Shown piece after piece: positions 1-12,270 of a stretch of DNA of 64,000 bases. A program made the position numbers and the translations under genes. Source of the DNA: the human T2T-CHM13v2.0 reference genome, Homo sapiens. The notes below the pieces were generated by a model, which saw nothing but the letters and a program-made list of their open reading frames with translations, was not told where the DNA came from and did not search any database. Each line of letters opens with the position of its first letter. Position 1 is the stretch's first letter. The stretch lies in the NCBI RefSeq assembly GCF_009914755.1, contig NC_060931.1; one strand, given 5' to 3'.

Positions 1-844
1 GGTAATTTAGTAACACGACACACTCAAGTACTCTGGGTCATGCACAGTGTGAGATCATTATTCATTACCCACATACATTAAATTTTTAAAGCACTCCTTG
101 GATTTGATCCAAGAATTATCTCATCAACACTTAACACTCCAGCCACAGAATGAAGGGGCAGGAGGGTGAAATATCACACTGAAATCTGAACCAGACGAGA
201 GACTGAATTGAGACACAGAGGAAGAAAGGGTTTCATAGCTACCCACTGGCCATAATTAGCCTCCCAATCTACACATTTGGCAGGTCCTCATGTGCTTCGG
301 AAGCCTTGCCAATGGACAAGTACACATATCTCCACAAAGTACTTGCAGCCTGTGATTGTTACCAGCAACAGAATTTCAGAAGGGTGATCATGAAAGGAGA
401 AGGGAATGAAAGGAAGTCCTGTGAGAAAATACCCACAGCTGCTTGAGAGAAAATGGGAAGAGATGAAGAATGTAGTGTGCCTGGTTGCCAACACTATGCA
501 GCTGCAATTTTCTAAGAAGGAAAATAGGAAGGCTTCTTTTAAAGCCTTTCAAGATTTAGAGATCTGCTACGAAGGCAATTTACCTTAGAAGATATTTAAC
601 TATAAAAATATAGCCAATGGGAGAGAAGCAAAACTTTTGGCATGCTCCAAGCACATAATGTGTTGCCTTTTCTTTAAATATTCTCCTTCAAATGATACAG
701 ACTTTATAGTTAAAATGCTCTAAGCCAATGGGAAAAAATTACTTATGTATGAGGAAGAGTTTTGAAAGATGGTCTAAGTTGTTATGACTGGTATTCTTTT
801 AATTCTTTTATGACTTTCAAGAATGTACTAACATTTTTATGACT

Positions 845-2540
845 TTTAGGAATATTTATTAACTGTTGGTGACTGAGAACTGAGGATAAAATGATAAAAA
901 AGATGACCCAGTCTTGATAACTTTTATATTCCACTGAGGATTATAGAAAAAAATCACAATAAATTGTTATGATACAATAAACTGTTGTTCATAGTAGGGA
1001 GGTAATATGTGTTATGAAAGACATAGCAGGAAATTCTAAGTCTAAGGACTAGGGGAAGTTAAAGCAAGTACATTGTTTTTCTAAAATATGGAGGGTGAGT
1101 ATGAGTCATCCAGTAAAAAACAAGATTAAATTTTTGGTTTTGCTTTTTGTTTCTTATCTGTTTATAGGTAACTGGCTAGAGGCAAAAGGAAAGAAAAGAT
1201 CGGTAGGGGAGAAAAGAAGAGAAAGAGAGAGTTTGCCATGTTGAAAGTATAGGTGGCAAGGTGGGGAGTAGATGACGTGAGTCTGGAGAGGAAGTCAGAG
1301 AAGCTGTGCAGGTCAGGAAAGCCCTCAGAAGAACAGTGATATGTTATTTCTCACATAAGCTGGGATACTTTTGAGAAAGACAGGAGGCGCTATTAATAAT
1401 TATGCCTGGACATGAGCATAAATGGCGACATATGGTGATTCTATTTTAAAAGTACAGAGAATTTTAAAGAAAAGGATGACATTCTGATGCTAGCCTTTAT
1501 AAAAATTCAACTTTAATAGAGAATGGTTTGGAAGGAAATAAAGATGGGCAAAGGGAGACCAGCTGGAAAGGTTTAGATGACCTGGAATGACTGACGATCA
1601 TGACCTGCACTAAAACAGTTTTGGCAATTTGGAGTTAAATGGATACACCTAGATTTAGAGGAAAAAGAATCAGTAAGACTAATTGGAATAGATGGGGTAA
1701 AGGGATTGTGCTGAAGAAGAGACAGAGGCCCGGGACCATTCTTAAGTTATGACTTGAGCAGCTGAGGGGGTATAGTGATGAGTTTTAATGAGGTTAGAAA
1801 CATTGGATGAGAATCCTGATCTGGGGAGGTAAGGATAGAAGATGTTCAGTTTTTATCACACTGAGTTTGAGAGGGCTGGAAAATCTTAATAAATTTTGAG
1901 TAGATAAATTTATATTAGGAGATATAAAACTGGTGGTCATTGACAGATACAGTAGGTGGAAAAGAATAATTTTTTAAAGATAAGACTGTCAAGGAGGTAA
2001 AAGGGCCTTGGGCCAAGCCTTGATGTTCTCAAAAGCTATGGCGAGAATGTTTGTTTTCCCCAAAATTTGTATGTTGAAATCCTAACTCTCAAGGTGATGG
2101 TATTAGGAGGTGTGACTTTGGGGCGGTAATTAGGTCATGAAGATAGAGCTCTCATGAATAGAATTAGCACCCTTAAGAAAGAGACACCACAGATCTAGCT
2201 AGCCTCTTCCATCATGGGAGAGCATAGCAAGAAAGTGCTATTTAGAAACCAGAAAGCGGGCTTTCTCCAAACATCAAACCTGCCTTAATCATGGTCTTCT
2301 CAGCTTCTAGAACTATGACAAATAAATTTCTGTTTATAAGCCTCCCAGACTGTGGTATTTTGTTATAGCAGCCTGGATGGAATAAAACATTCAACATTTA
2401 ATTGGGTATAAGAAGCAAAATTGGCAAAGGAAGTTGAGAAAGGGCAACCAAAGAGATAGGAGAGCTCAAACTTCTAAATGAGACATCAAGTAAAATAAGG
2501 ATACACGAATACAATAAATTCAGTCACAAATAGGTTATTC
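845..2540 (-). mobile_element. Degraded L2 LINE (3' part), interrupted by an MLT1A LTR
   Basis: Purine-rich, L2-like antisense segments from 'aatatttattaactg' (~851) onward that resume after 2390. Highly diverged; boundaries approximate. Confidence 0.55.
2034..2389 (+). mobile_element. MaLR solo LTR, MLT1A-like
   Basis: Starts 'gctatggcgagaatgtttgttttccccaaaatttgtatgttgaaatcctaac' and ends 'tggtattttgttatagcagcctggatggaataaaaca', with an internal aataaa. About 355 bp, matching recalled MLT1A termini. Confidence 0.85.
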
Positions 2541-2889
2541 AGGCTGCCATCTTTTTCTCGTTTTCTTTTTTGTTATACAGACTGCTTCCTTTATCTTTTG
2601 CACTGATTTGTCAGAAATTTATTGTGATTTTAATTATTTTAATGATATAATTATGGGCAAATGTACATAATGCCCAATTATATAATTAAATTACAAATAA
2701 AAATAATTTAAAACCCATTTTGTAAGAAACGATTATAAATTTTCTTGGCCTGCATTTTTTTTCTTTTGCTTATCTTCATTTATTCAACCTAGCACTGCAA
2801 ATCCTATATATATGTGTGTATATATATGTATATACATGCAACATATATACATACTAAATTATACATCTATATGTATACTAAATTACTAT

Positions 2890-3870
2890 CAACATTTCTG
2901 TTTTCTCATTTGTACTGTTTTGATAGCATGGTGACAGTTATTTAGGAATTGGTTCACACCCCCTCTCAAAAATAGTAATTTCATTTCCTTTGCCTTCTGG
3001 AAGCTGATAGATCTGGATATAAATACTAGCTCCATCTTATATTAATAGTGTGAGCTTAAGAAACTGGATAAATTCCATGTGGTGTTTTGTAAAACTGGAA
3101 CGTTTCTGACTCAAGTGAGTGTTTATTTTCTCCCTTCACCTTATTTGTGATCTTTAGCTCGCTTTCATATTCAGTGTCAGTCTGTTTCCACTGTGACTCC
3201 TCAGTTCTTGGGCTTGTTCTTGTTTGAGTCATCTGACCACATAGAAATCTTTGGAAGAAAAAACTATTGTGTTGTTTCATTTTCCAAAACCTTGTAAATC
3301 TGAGGATGTTTTATAATAAAATAAAATCGTTAGGGTGTAATTCTCTCCCCTGTCAAATCTTTGAAGACAATTTTTCATTGCATTGTGAAATGTTTATTGT
3401 CATGAAGAAGAAATATGAGACTGATTAGATTTTACTTCTTTGAAAGTAACCTCTTTTCTTCCTTCTGGATGCTAGAAAAATTCTTTAATCTTGAAATTTA
3501 ATAATTTTTTCTGGGGGCATTTGTGTATGTGTGTATGCAATTGAACTTAATACACTGGTTTTGCTTGAACATTTTGGCAATCTCTAGGGCTCTCAAATCA
3601 GCTCTTTTTGTGATTAAGAAAGTTATTTGTGCCCATACAGTGGATTGTTGTTTCTAAGCTATTTGCATTGTTTTTCAGCATCTCTATATTTTGTAACCTG
3701 GACTTTTATGATATGTCTTCTATTATTTCATCTTTTGTTGTTTTCTATTTCTTTATGTAATTTGTTCTCATCTTGGTGGTCTTTCAAGAGTTTTCTTTAT
3801 AAACACTTATTCTGAACTATTGTGATTATTAGTATTCTCGAAGTACATTTAATTTCACCTTTTTTTTTCA
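2890..3870 (-). mobile_element. Ancient L1M/HAL1 5'-ORF1 region remnant
   Basis: T-rich antisense L1-type sequence (e.g. 'tttacttctttgaaagtaacctcttttcttccttctggatgc'). Very diverged. Confidence 0.4.
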
Positions 3871-5181
3871 TTAATCTTTGTAGTAAAGACTAGAAGAAGC
3901 AAGTTTAGGGAGTTCTTGCCTCATGGCTTCTACTTTTTTTTTTCTGTGAAGTAGGAAACAAGATACCTGCTGAGAGTGAAGGGAGGCAAGCACAAATAGA
4001 AGATTTAAGATTAGAGAAGTAATGGCATAATTCTAGAGGAAAATGCAAAGGGAATTAACCAAAAAAAGAAAGGGAAGAGCTGAGCAAAACAATAATTGGC
4101 TAAAACTGAGAACCATACATTTGTGATTTCTGCCATCAGGGAACATAAACTCCAGTTGGGAAATATGAAAAGTACTCCAACCATTACAACCCAAACAAGT
4201 TACAGTGGTTCATGATTGTGAATAAATAGACAGACAGATTTATGACTCAGACATTTTTCCTTTTTGATAATAATCAGACATTCTCATATAAGAAACATTT
4301 TATTATTTCATTAAAAAATTCTAAATAATGTGCATAATCACATCTCCCTTACCAGCCTATCCGTTTTCTGACAAGTTTCCTTGTAAATTTATCACCGATA
4401 TTAGAATTAGAAATATCTCTACTTAATTTCTTATGCAATTTTAAAAGTGTTGATGCAGAATTAATTTCTTTCCAGCATCCTGACTACCTTTAATTTATAA
4501 TTTAAAAATTTAGGCTTAGATAAATAAAAAGAAAATAACTTCCTAAATATGTGTTTTTTTCAGGTAACACCCCATATATTTGAAGCTGTATTTACCTCTT
4601 AACCTGAGCTTTTTAGTTTATATCTAAAAAATATTTCATAGACAAAGTAACTGTATATTTGGATGTTAAATTGTGGATTATACTAATTTATACTGAAATA
4701 AGAAAGATTACAAAATTGCACTGTAAAAATTGCACTCTACCATATATATCTTATAGAGGCAAATTGTTGGCGTAGTCATATAAAATAATGCGGTGTTAAT
4801 CTCTTGATGCCTTTTAGGTATATTTACAGATTACCAGCAAGCATGAAAAGAAGATCTATTTAATATTTTGTCTTATTGCATAGTAACTCACGGCAATAGT
4901 AAAGAAGTTGAAGATTTTCTGAGTTCTAGAGGTCAAACACCTGAAAATGAAGAAGCAGAAAGGAATACCACAAAGATGAGAAATTTTTACAAGAATGAAT
5001 GGCACCATAAATTTAAGTCTAAAATTGTAGCTGTTCTGAGATATGCCCAATGTACCAAGTAACAACTAGTCAAAAAGAAATTGTTATTTTCACCAACAAT
5101 TCCCCCAAACAAGTATCACAATGTTTAAGGAAACTATAAAAATATTCTCACATTTTTCCAATGCCCTGCATTCATGCCATC

Positions 5182-5462
5182 TGTATTAGTCTGCTCGAGA
5201 TGCTGTAACAGCAATATACCACAGACTGGATAGCTTAAACAACAGGCATGCATTTTCTCACAATTCTGGAGGCTATAGAAGTCCATGATCAAGGTGCCAG
5301 CCAATTCAATTTCTGGCGAGGGCTCTCTTTCTGGCTTGTAGACAGCTGCCATCTCACTATGTCCTTGGATGGCCTTTCTGCCATTCATGCCCATAGAGGA
5401 GATCCCTTAGTTGTCTTTTCTTTTTCCTTTCTTTTCTTTTCTTCTTTCTTTCTTTTCTTTTC

Positions 5463-5499
<37 letters not shown>

Positions 5500-5951
5500 T
5501 TTTTTTTTGAGATGTACTTTTGCTCTTGTTGCCCAGGCTGGTGCAATGGTACGATCTCAGCTCACTGCAACCTCCAGCTCCTGGGTTCAAGTAATTCTCC
5601 TGACTCAGCCTCCCGAGTAGCTGGGATTACAGGCATGTGTCACCATGCAGGCTAATTTTTGTATTTTTAGTAGAGACCCCCGGGGTTTCACCAGTCTGGT
5701 CTTGAACTCGTTAGCTCAGGTGATCCACCCGCCTTGGCTTCCCAAAGTGCTGGGATTACAGGCATGAGCCCCTGTGCCCAGGCTAGTTGTCTTTTCTTAT
5801 AAGGTCACTAATCCTATCAGATCAAAGCCCCACTCTTATGACCTGATTGAATCTTGATTACTTCCTTAGAGGCCCCATTTCCAAACAGAATCACATTGGT
5901 GTTAGAGCTTTAATATATGAATTTGGGAGAAACAAATTTTGTCTATAACAC
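5182..5951 (-). mobile_element. MaLR solo LTR (MLT1A/B-like) split by an Alu
   Basis: 'tgtattagtctgctc...gctgtaacagcaatataccacagactgg' at the left end and 'atatgaatttgggagaaacaaattttgtctataaca' at the right end. The two halves are contiguous once the Alu is removed. Confidence 0.85.
5423..5783 (-). mobile_element. AluS-type SINE with (TTTTC)n/poly-T tail
   Basis: Dimeric Alu in antisense. 15-bp TSD tagttgtcttttctt at 5408-5422 and 5784-5798. Confidence 0.97.
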
Positions 5952-8596
5952 CATACATTGGGTGGAATTACTGGAAAAACTTTTTAGCTTTACTTAAAAG
6001 GGGCCACCACTGTGGAGTTATTTAAATAGATTCTGACTATTTTAAAAGAGTCATGGCCGAAGGTAGCTTTAGGCCTTTCCCAGTCCTCAGAACCTCTTGG
6101 TAATTGACTTGATTCTAAGCTTTACCCCCACCTCTTCCCCTGATCAGTCTTGGAGGAGGAGGAGGGTAGAAAATTGAAGATCACACAGTGCAAGGTGCTC
6201 ACCCTCATCTTCTTAAATGACCAAAGACTGTCTGCTAGGCATGCTAAAAAGCTAGTTCACAAAATCTGAAGCCCTTTCCCTGAAATATTAGTTACTGTTT
6301 AAGTTAGAATAAAAGGACTTTATGTGAAGGACTCAAGTCTTTGACTAAGTATCCAGCCTATTCAGGTTCCTTGGACCATGCAGCAGCTTTTCTTTCCTAA
6401 GGTGACCTTGCCTAGATCATATATGCTTAAAATACTTAACTTTGCTATTACCTTATGCATTTTCTTCCTGAATGCTATTGTGAATAATTACCCTGCATTT
6501 GTCAGCATATCTACATTTCTGTTTCAAAATTTATCTAAAATAATTTTAGAAAAATTGCCTTCAACAATGGATCAATCATTACAACTTAATCTTTACCAAT
6601 ATTACTAGAACATTAGAATAATTATCCTAATATTCTACTTACCCCATTAATTGAATAGCAGTCTTGCTTTTTAATGCTTGCAGTTACATTTCTGAGAAAA
6701 TTTTCTATTCACGCTTTTTATAGATGAATAGGTAATTTACTGGACTGTTTTATGTTTTCTTGTGTTTAATTTAAGGCAAAACATGTTCCCACAATGGACT
6801 ACTGCAAAGGAATTGTGTTAAAAGCAAAGTATCTAATGACCTTTCCAATGCCTATGCAACAACTCACTATTAAAACATTTGTCCAGAGTGCTAAAATGAC
6901 ATACAGAGTGATGCTCATTGCACTGGACTAAAAAGCCCTGCCTGTTGTTTTTCTGGAAACTCTTTGTTTTGTCTCAGTGCATGCTTGGATTTGCTCCCTG
7001 ATATAATTTCCATTCCGTAAGCCCAGGCCTCCTAGATATACCATCCATGATGTGCCCACTTTTTGTCTTATGTACATCAAACAGCTCAGGAATCACTGGA
7101 GTATATTATTTTTAAAAACAGGTCTGGTACTTTCTTGGCTCTTTTCTAAATGTTATTATTGGAATTTTTACAATTTTATGGAATTCAATGGGACCCTACA
7201 ATTTCCTTGAGTGTAGGATTTCTTCTTTCCTGTATTTTTATGCCACAAAGCTGAATTTCAAAGAGAAACACTAGAAACACTCTTCTTTCTACAAGGAATA
7301 AAAGGCCTCAGCAAATTCCTAATCTAATTAACGTCTTTAACAACTTAGACAATAAATTGACTGCAACTGCTCTGGAAGTTCTGTGTCACCTTGTTAAGCT
7401 GCTTTCCAAGGTGCTATAAATCAAAAGAGAAACGCTAAGGTCATTGCATATGTTTGTTGCTTGTTCCAGTGTGAAAGGCTGATTGCTTTACCAACTGCTC
7501 ATTTAGGCTGGATATTTTTTTAGACTTGTTTAGCATTTCAGTTTTGGAAAAGTGGCCGCTGTGAATACACATTATATTGTGGCTCCAGTTTCTTAGGCCA
7601 AAGTCTAATAACCTGGTTACTTCATTTATTATCAATTATGTATATTTTTCAAAGAGAATAATGAGCAAATTAAAATTTATGAAGAAGGTTATACAATACC
7701 CTTTAACATTTCACTTGAACTTTTGTCACACTATTGAAATTCTATAATTTCTTTCTTATGAATTTCCATGGGATATGATTCACTATGTGGTTATGATAAT
7801 GACATTTCTCCAAAAGCACTGGGTTATCATTTGTGTTCAGATAAGCCAATGTTTTATACCTTTATTTCAAACTGAACCTTATGTATAACTGAAATACAGG
7901 TAGAAAGGCAAATATTAGTTAATAATTTGAATATAAACTTCCATTTGAACACACTCCATCTTTTAGATATCAGTATTGTGATGACCTTAACTGAATGAGG
8001 GTTTTTTGGTCCCTAGTGTAGTTCATTTGTAGAGTGTCTATATGGTCCACAGTATATCCATGGCATGATCCTGGGATTTTAAACCAATGTATTTTATTTT
8101 GTTTTGTTTTGTTTTTTTTAGCTAATATCTTTTGTGAGCCTCAAATTAAGAGGTTACTTATGAAAAGATCATGACCTGGTATAAAAGAACAAAATGACTA
8201 ATTATTTTAATGTGTAATCTAGAAAAAGTCTTTATTATTGTCATATGATATTCAATCATCTAGTAACTTAACCAAAATAGAATAATAAATTGTTTTGCAT
8301 TGTGTTCATAAAATAACAAAGAAAAGGGTTCTGGTCTATTCACACAAAATGGGAAATAATAAAAATTTAAATTCTATCTTATTAGTAATTTACAAAGTGT
8401 GAAATTACAGAAATAGATAAATAACAAAATGCAACTGAAGTTGGTGACTTCATATACTCTTCATGGTATTAACAAGGAGCATGATATTTGAGGAACTAAT
8501 TTTACAATGTATCTATACAACCAATACCATAATCCATTAGTCTGGTATCTGGCTGTCTATCACAAGAAAATAACAAAGACTTTTAGAAAAGCACTA

Positions 8597-9631
8597 TAGT
8601 TACTCTGTGCATAATGAAGTTTCAGTCAATGACTGACTACATATATGATGGTTGTCCTGTAAAATTATTATATGGCTTTTTTTTAACTTGTAAGTTGAAC
8701 AATACAGGTGCAGTTTGTTACATAGCTAAACTTATGTCATGAGGGTTTATTGTAAGATTATTTCATCACTCAAGTACTAAGCCTAGTACCCATTAGTTTT
8801 TTTTCCCTGATCCTTTCCCTATTTCCACCCTCTACCCTCTGAAAGGCCTCAGTGTGTGTTATTCCCCTCTATGTGTCCATGTGTTCTCATCATTTAGCTC
8901 CCATTTATAAGTGAGAACATGCAGTATTTGGTTTTCAGTTCCTGTGTTAGTTTGCTAAGGATAATGGCCTCCAACTAGAAAAAAAAACATTTAAAAATTC
9001 ATATGAAACCAAAAAGAGCCTGAATAGCCAAGGCAATCCTAAGCAAAAAGAAAAAAGCTAGAAGCATCATGCTACCTGACTTCAAACTATGCTACAGGGC
9101 TACAGTAACCAAAATAGGAATGGTAATGGCACAAAAACAGACACATAGACCAATGAAACAGAATAGAGAACCCAGAAATAAGACCATGTGCAGTCTTATT
9201 TTTGAGAAACCTGACAAAAAGAAGCAATGGGCAATAATGAATATTGAAACTCCCTATTCAATAAATGGTGCTGGGATAACTGGGTAGCCATATGCAGAAA
9301 TTAAAACTGGACCCTTTCCTTACACCATATACAAAAATTAACTCAAGATGGAATAAAGACTTAAATATAAAATCATATGGTATTTTTACTGTAAACTTTT
9401 CTATGTTTAGATACACAAATACTTACCATTGGGTTGCAATTGCCCATATATTCAGTACAGTAATGGGCTGTACAGCTTTGTACCCTAGGAGCAATAGCCT
9501 ATACCGTATATTCTAGGTGTAGTAGGCTCTCCCATCTAGGTTTGTGTAAGTACACTATGATGTTTGCACAATGACAAGATCACCTGACAATACATTTCTC
9601 AGAAGGTAACCCTGTTGTTTAGTGATATCTG
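8597..9631 (+). mobile_element. Tigger3a (MER7A)-like DNA transposon MITE, split by an L1
   Basis: 'gcataatgaagtttcagtcaatgactgactacatatatgatggttgtcc' to 'catttctcagaaggtaaccctgttgtttag' matches recalled Tigger3a; interrupted at 8676-9374. Confidence 0.85.
8676..9374 (-). mobile_element. 5'-truncated, 5'-inverted L1 (older L1PA, about PA13-16)
   Basis: Poly-T plus L1 3'UTR in antisense (8676-8975), then a sense ORF2 piece (8974-9374; ORF-track peptides LPDFKLCY and [20 protein letters not shown]). Degenerate TSD atatgg(c/t).. at 8670 and 9375. Confidence 0.9.
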
Positions 9632-10300
<669 letters not shown>

Positions 10301-12270
10301 TAATTATTAAAAACTCAAACCTAGTAATTTTTAACCTATTATTTGTGAATTGTAAACAAAATCCCAATGAAAATAGCTATTTAGGAGAACAGCCTCTGTC
10401 CAGCTCCCCAATATTTTGTAAGAATGCCTTTATTTCTAAACTTTTTTGATGACAGAGGAAAAAAAATCAAAGATAAATGAGGCAAAACCTACCGGTCACT
10501 GGGAAAGGTTGATGTGCTGTGAGAATTGTTAGTAACTGCAGGAGATCTTACAGATTGACTCAACTCTATCTATTTCCACACATTTGTGATGGAAGCTAGA
10601 AAATGTTTTGTAAAAATATATTTTCATAAAATGGCTTATAGAATATGGACCAAAGCTTCTGAAAAGTCTGATGTTTGAAATGGTGGGTAAGTCAGCTGAG
10701 AGGAAGGCTGTGAAAGACCACAGCTGGTTGTTTTTTTGTTTGTTTATTTTTTTCAGAGTAATTTCACAACCCTTCCAAATTAGCATCTGCCTTTCTGGGA
10801 GTTAGACCTGAGAGACAGAAACTTCAAAGTCTGTGATATTTAAATGAGCTTCTTGTTGGCTGATAAGTTTTGATGTAGCTTTATTTCTAAATTTAAGGTT
10901 ACCAGATATCTGCAGTTTTGGGAGCAAGCCTGGGATTTGCTCTTGCTTTCCCAGCTGCATTGTATCACTAGTTTGGAGGAACAACTTGAGAAATTTAGCC
11001 ACTCCTGGGGGAATAAGGGATTAAGTTTGACTTTCTTTATGGAATCAACATTTGGTTGAATATTTTTTTCTATGTATTCATGCATAACCACATAGACAAA
11101 CCAACTGAATAATGATTGAATGTCATTTTGTTCTTCTTATGAACTCTAATATTTCACTTTCTTATATTTTCTGTATATAAGAATGGGGAGGCTTGAAATA
11201 CGGTTTTTCATCATGTGTTTGAGGGTAAGATAGATGATGTATAAGGGTAAGATGTGACTATATCATTCTTCGAAGTGTACTGTACTTCATTTCTTTACCA
11301 AACAAGAGATCAACTGAAGTGGTCTGTTTCAAAGAGACCCCCTCTCCCCTCTAAACTGGAGGGCATATGCTTTTGTGAAAATGTATATATGTTTACATAG
11401 AATGAATTTGGCTTTGTAAATCAGATCAATCAAAGAAGTTCTCTAGTTTCCCAACTTGGATAAATACTACTTCTAGGATAGTTGAAAGTTTAGAGGTGAA
11501 TTATTAAGATCCCCTAAGAACCAGAGAAGCACTGGGTCAGCTCTATCCTAGGTTGACGTCAGCAGTGTCCAGCAGCAGTTAGTGATAAAGACAACCTCCC
11601 TTACTGGGAGCACCTAGGGAAACCACATCTGAATTAAAAGTCATCTGTAAGAACTGAATTAGGTCAAAAGTGTTTTGTTTTGTTTTTAGTTTTTAACTAA
11701 AACTACCCTGAGGAATTTACTCGGGTGTATTACAAAACTACGTCTGCTGAGAACTTTACTAGAGTTTTTGCCTGTGTTTTTCTATGGTTTTTGCAACAAA
11801 TGACTTCTCTGGTCATTTGGACACAATCAATTAATTTGTGATTTCTTTTTCCTCATTGTTATCTTTACTGCTACAGATACCACTAGTAGTCACAAATTTG
11901 TCCAACTCATTAAACTCTCCTAACTTCTTCAAAAGCAGTAATTGCTCTGGAAGAAACTTCTCCAAGCTCTTCTTATAGCATTAAGTGTGTAGAGCCTGTT
12001 TTGTTTTCTCTAGTAGTCTTTTTATTAATTTCAAATTTTTATTTTAATGGCACTTAATTCCTTATTTATACTAACTTTCTGTATCTAGTGATTTACGTGA
12101 TTAAAAATCATCTAGTTACACTAATCTCTCTTGCTACTCTTCAGGCTATATTACCAATAAAAACCTTGTAGAGTTTTAATTACTTTCCTACAAGAAAAGG
12201 TAAGAGAAAAAAGGCTTTGTTTTCTCTTGCTTCCATTAGTGTGTTCAGTGATTTACCTCAAAGATGTGGG

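Noticed and set aside
4868-5062. 64-aa ORF as a possible exon or pseudogene
   Set aside because: No recognisable homology, non-ATG start, and an in-frame stop just upstream of it after the nearest acceptor.
5248-5655. Phe/Lys-rich ORFs
   Set aside because: These are translations of the Alu poly-T/(TTTTC)n tail and MLT1 sequence.
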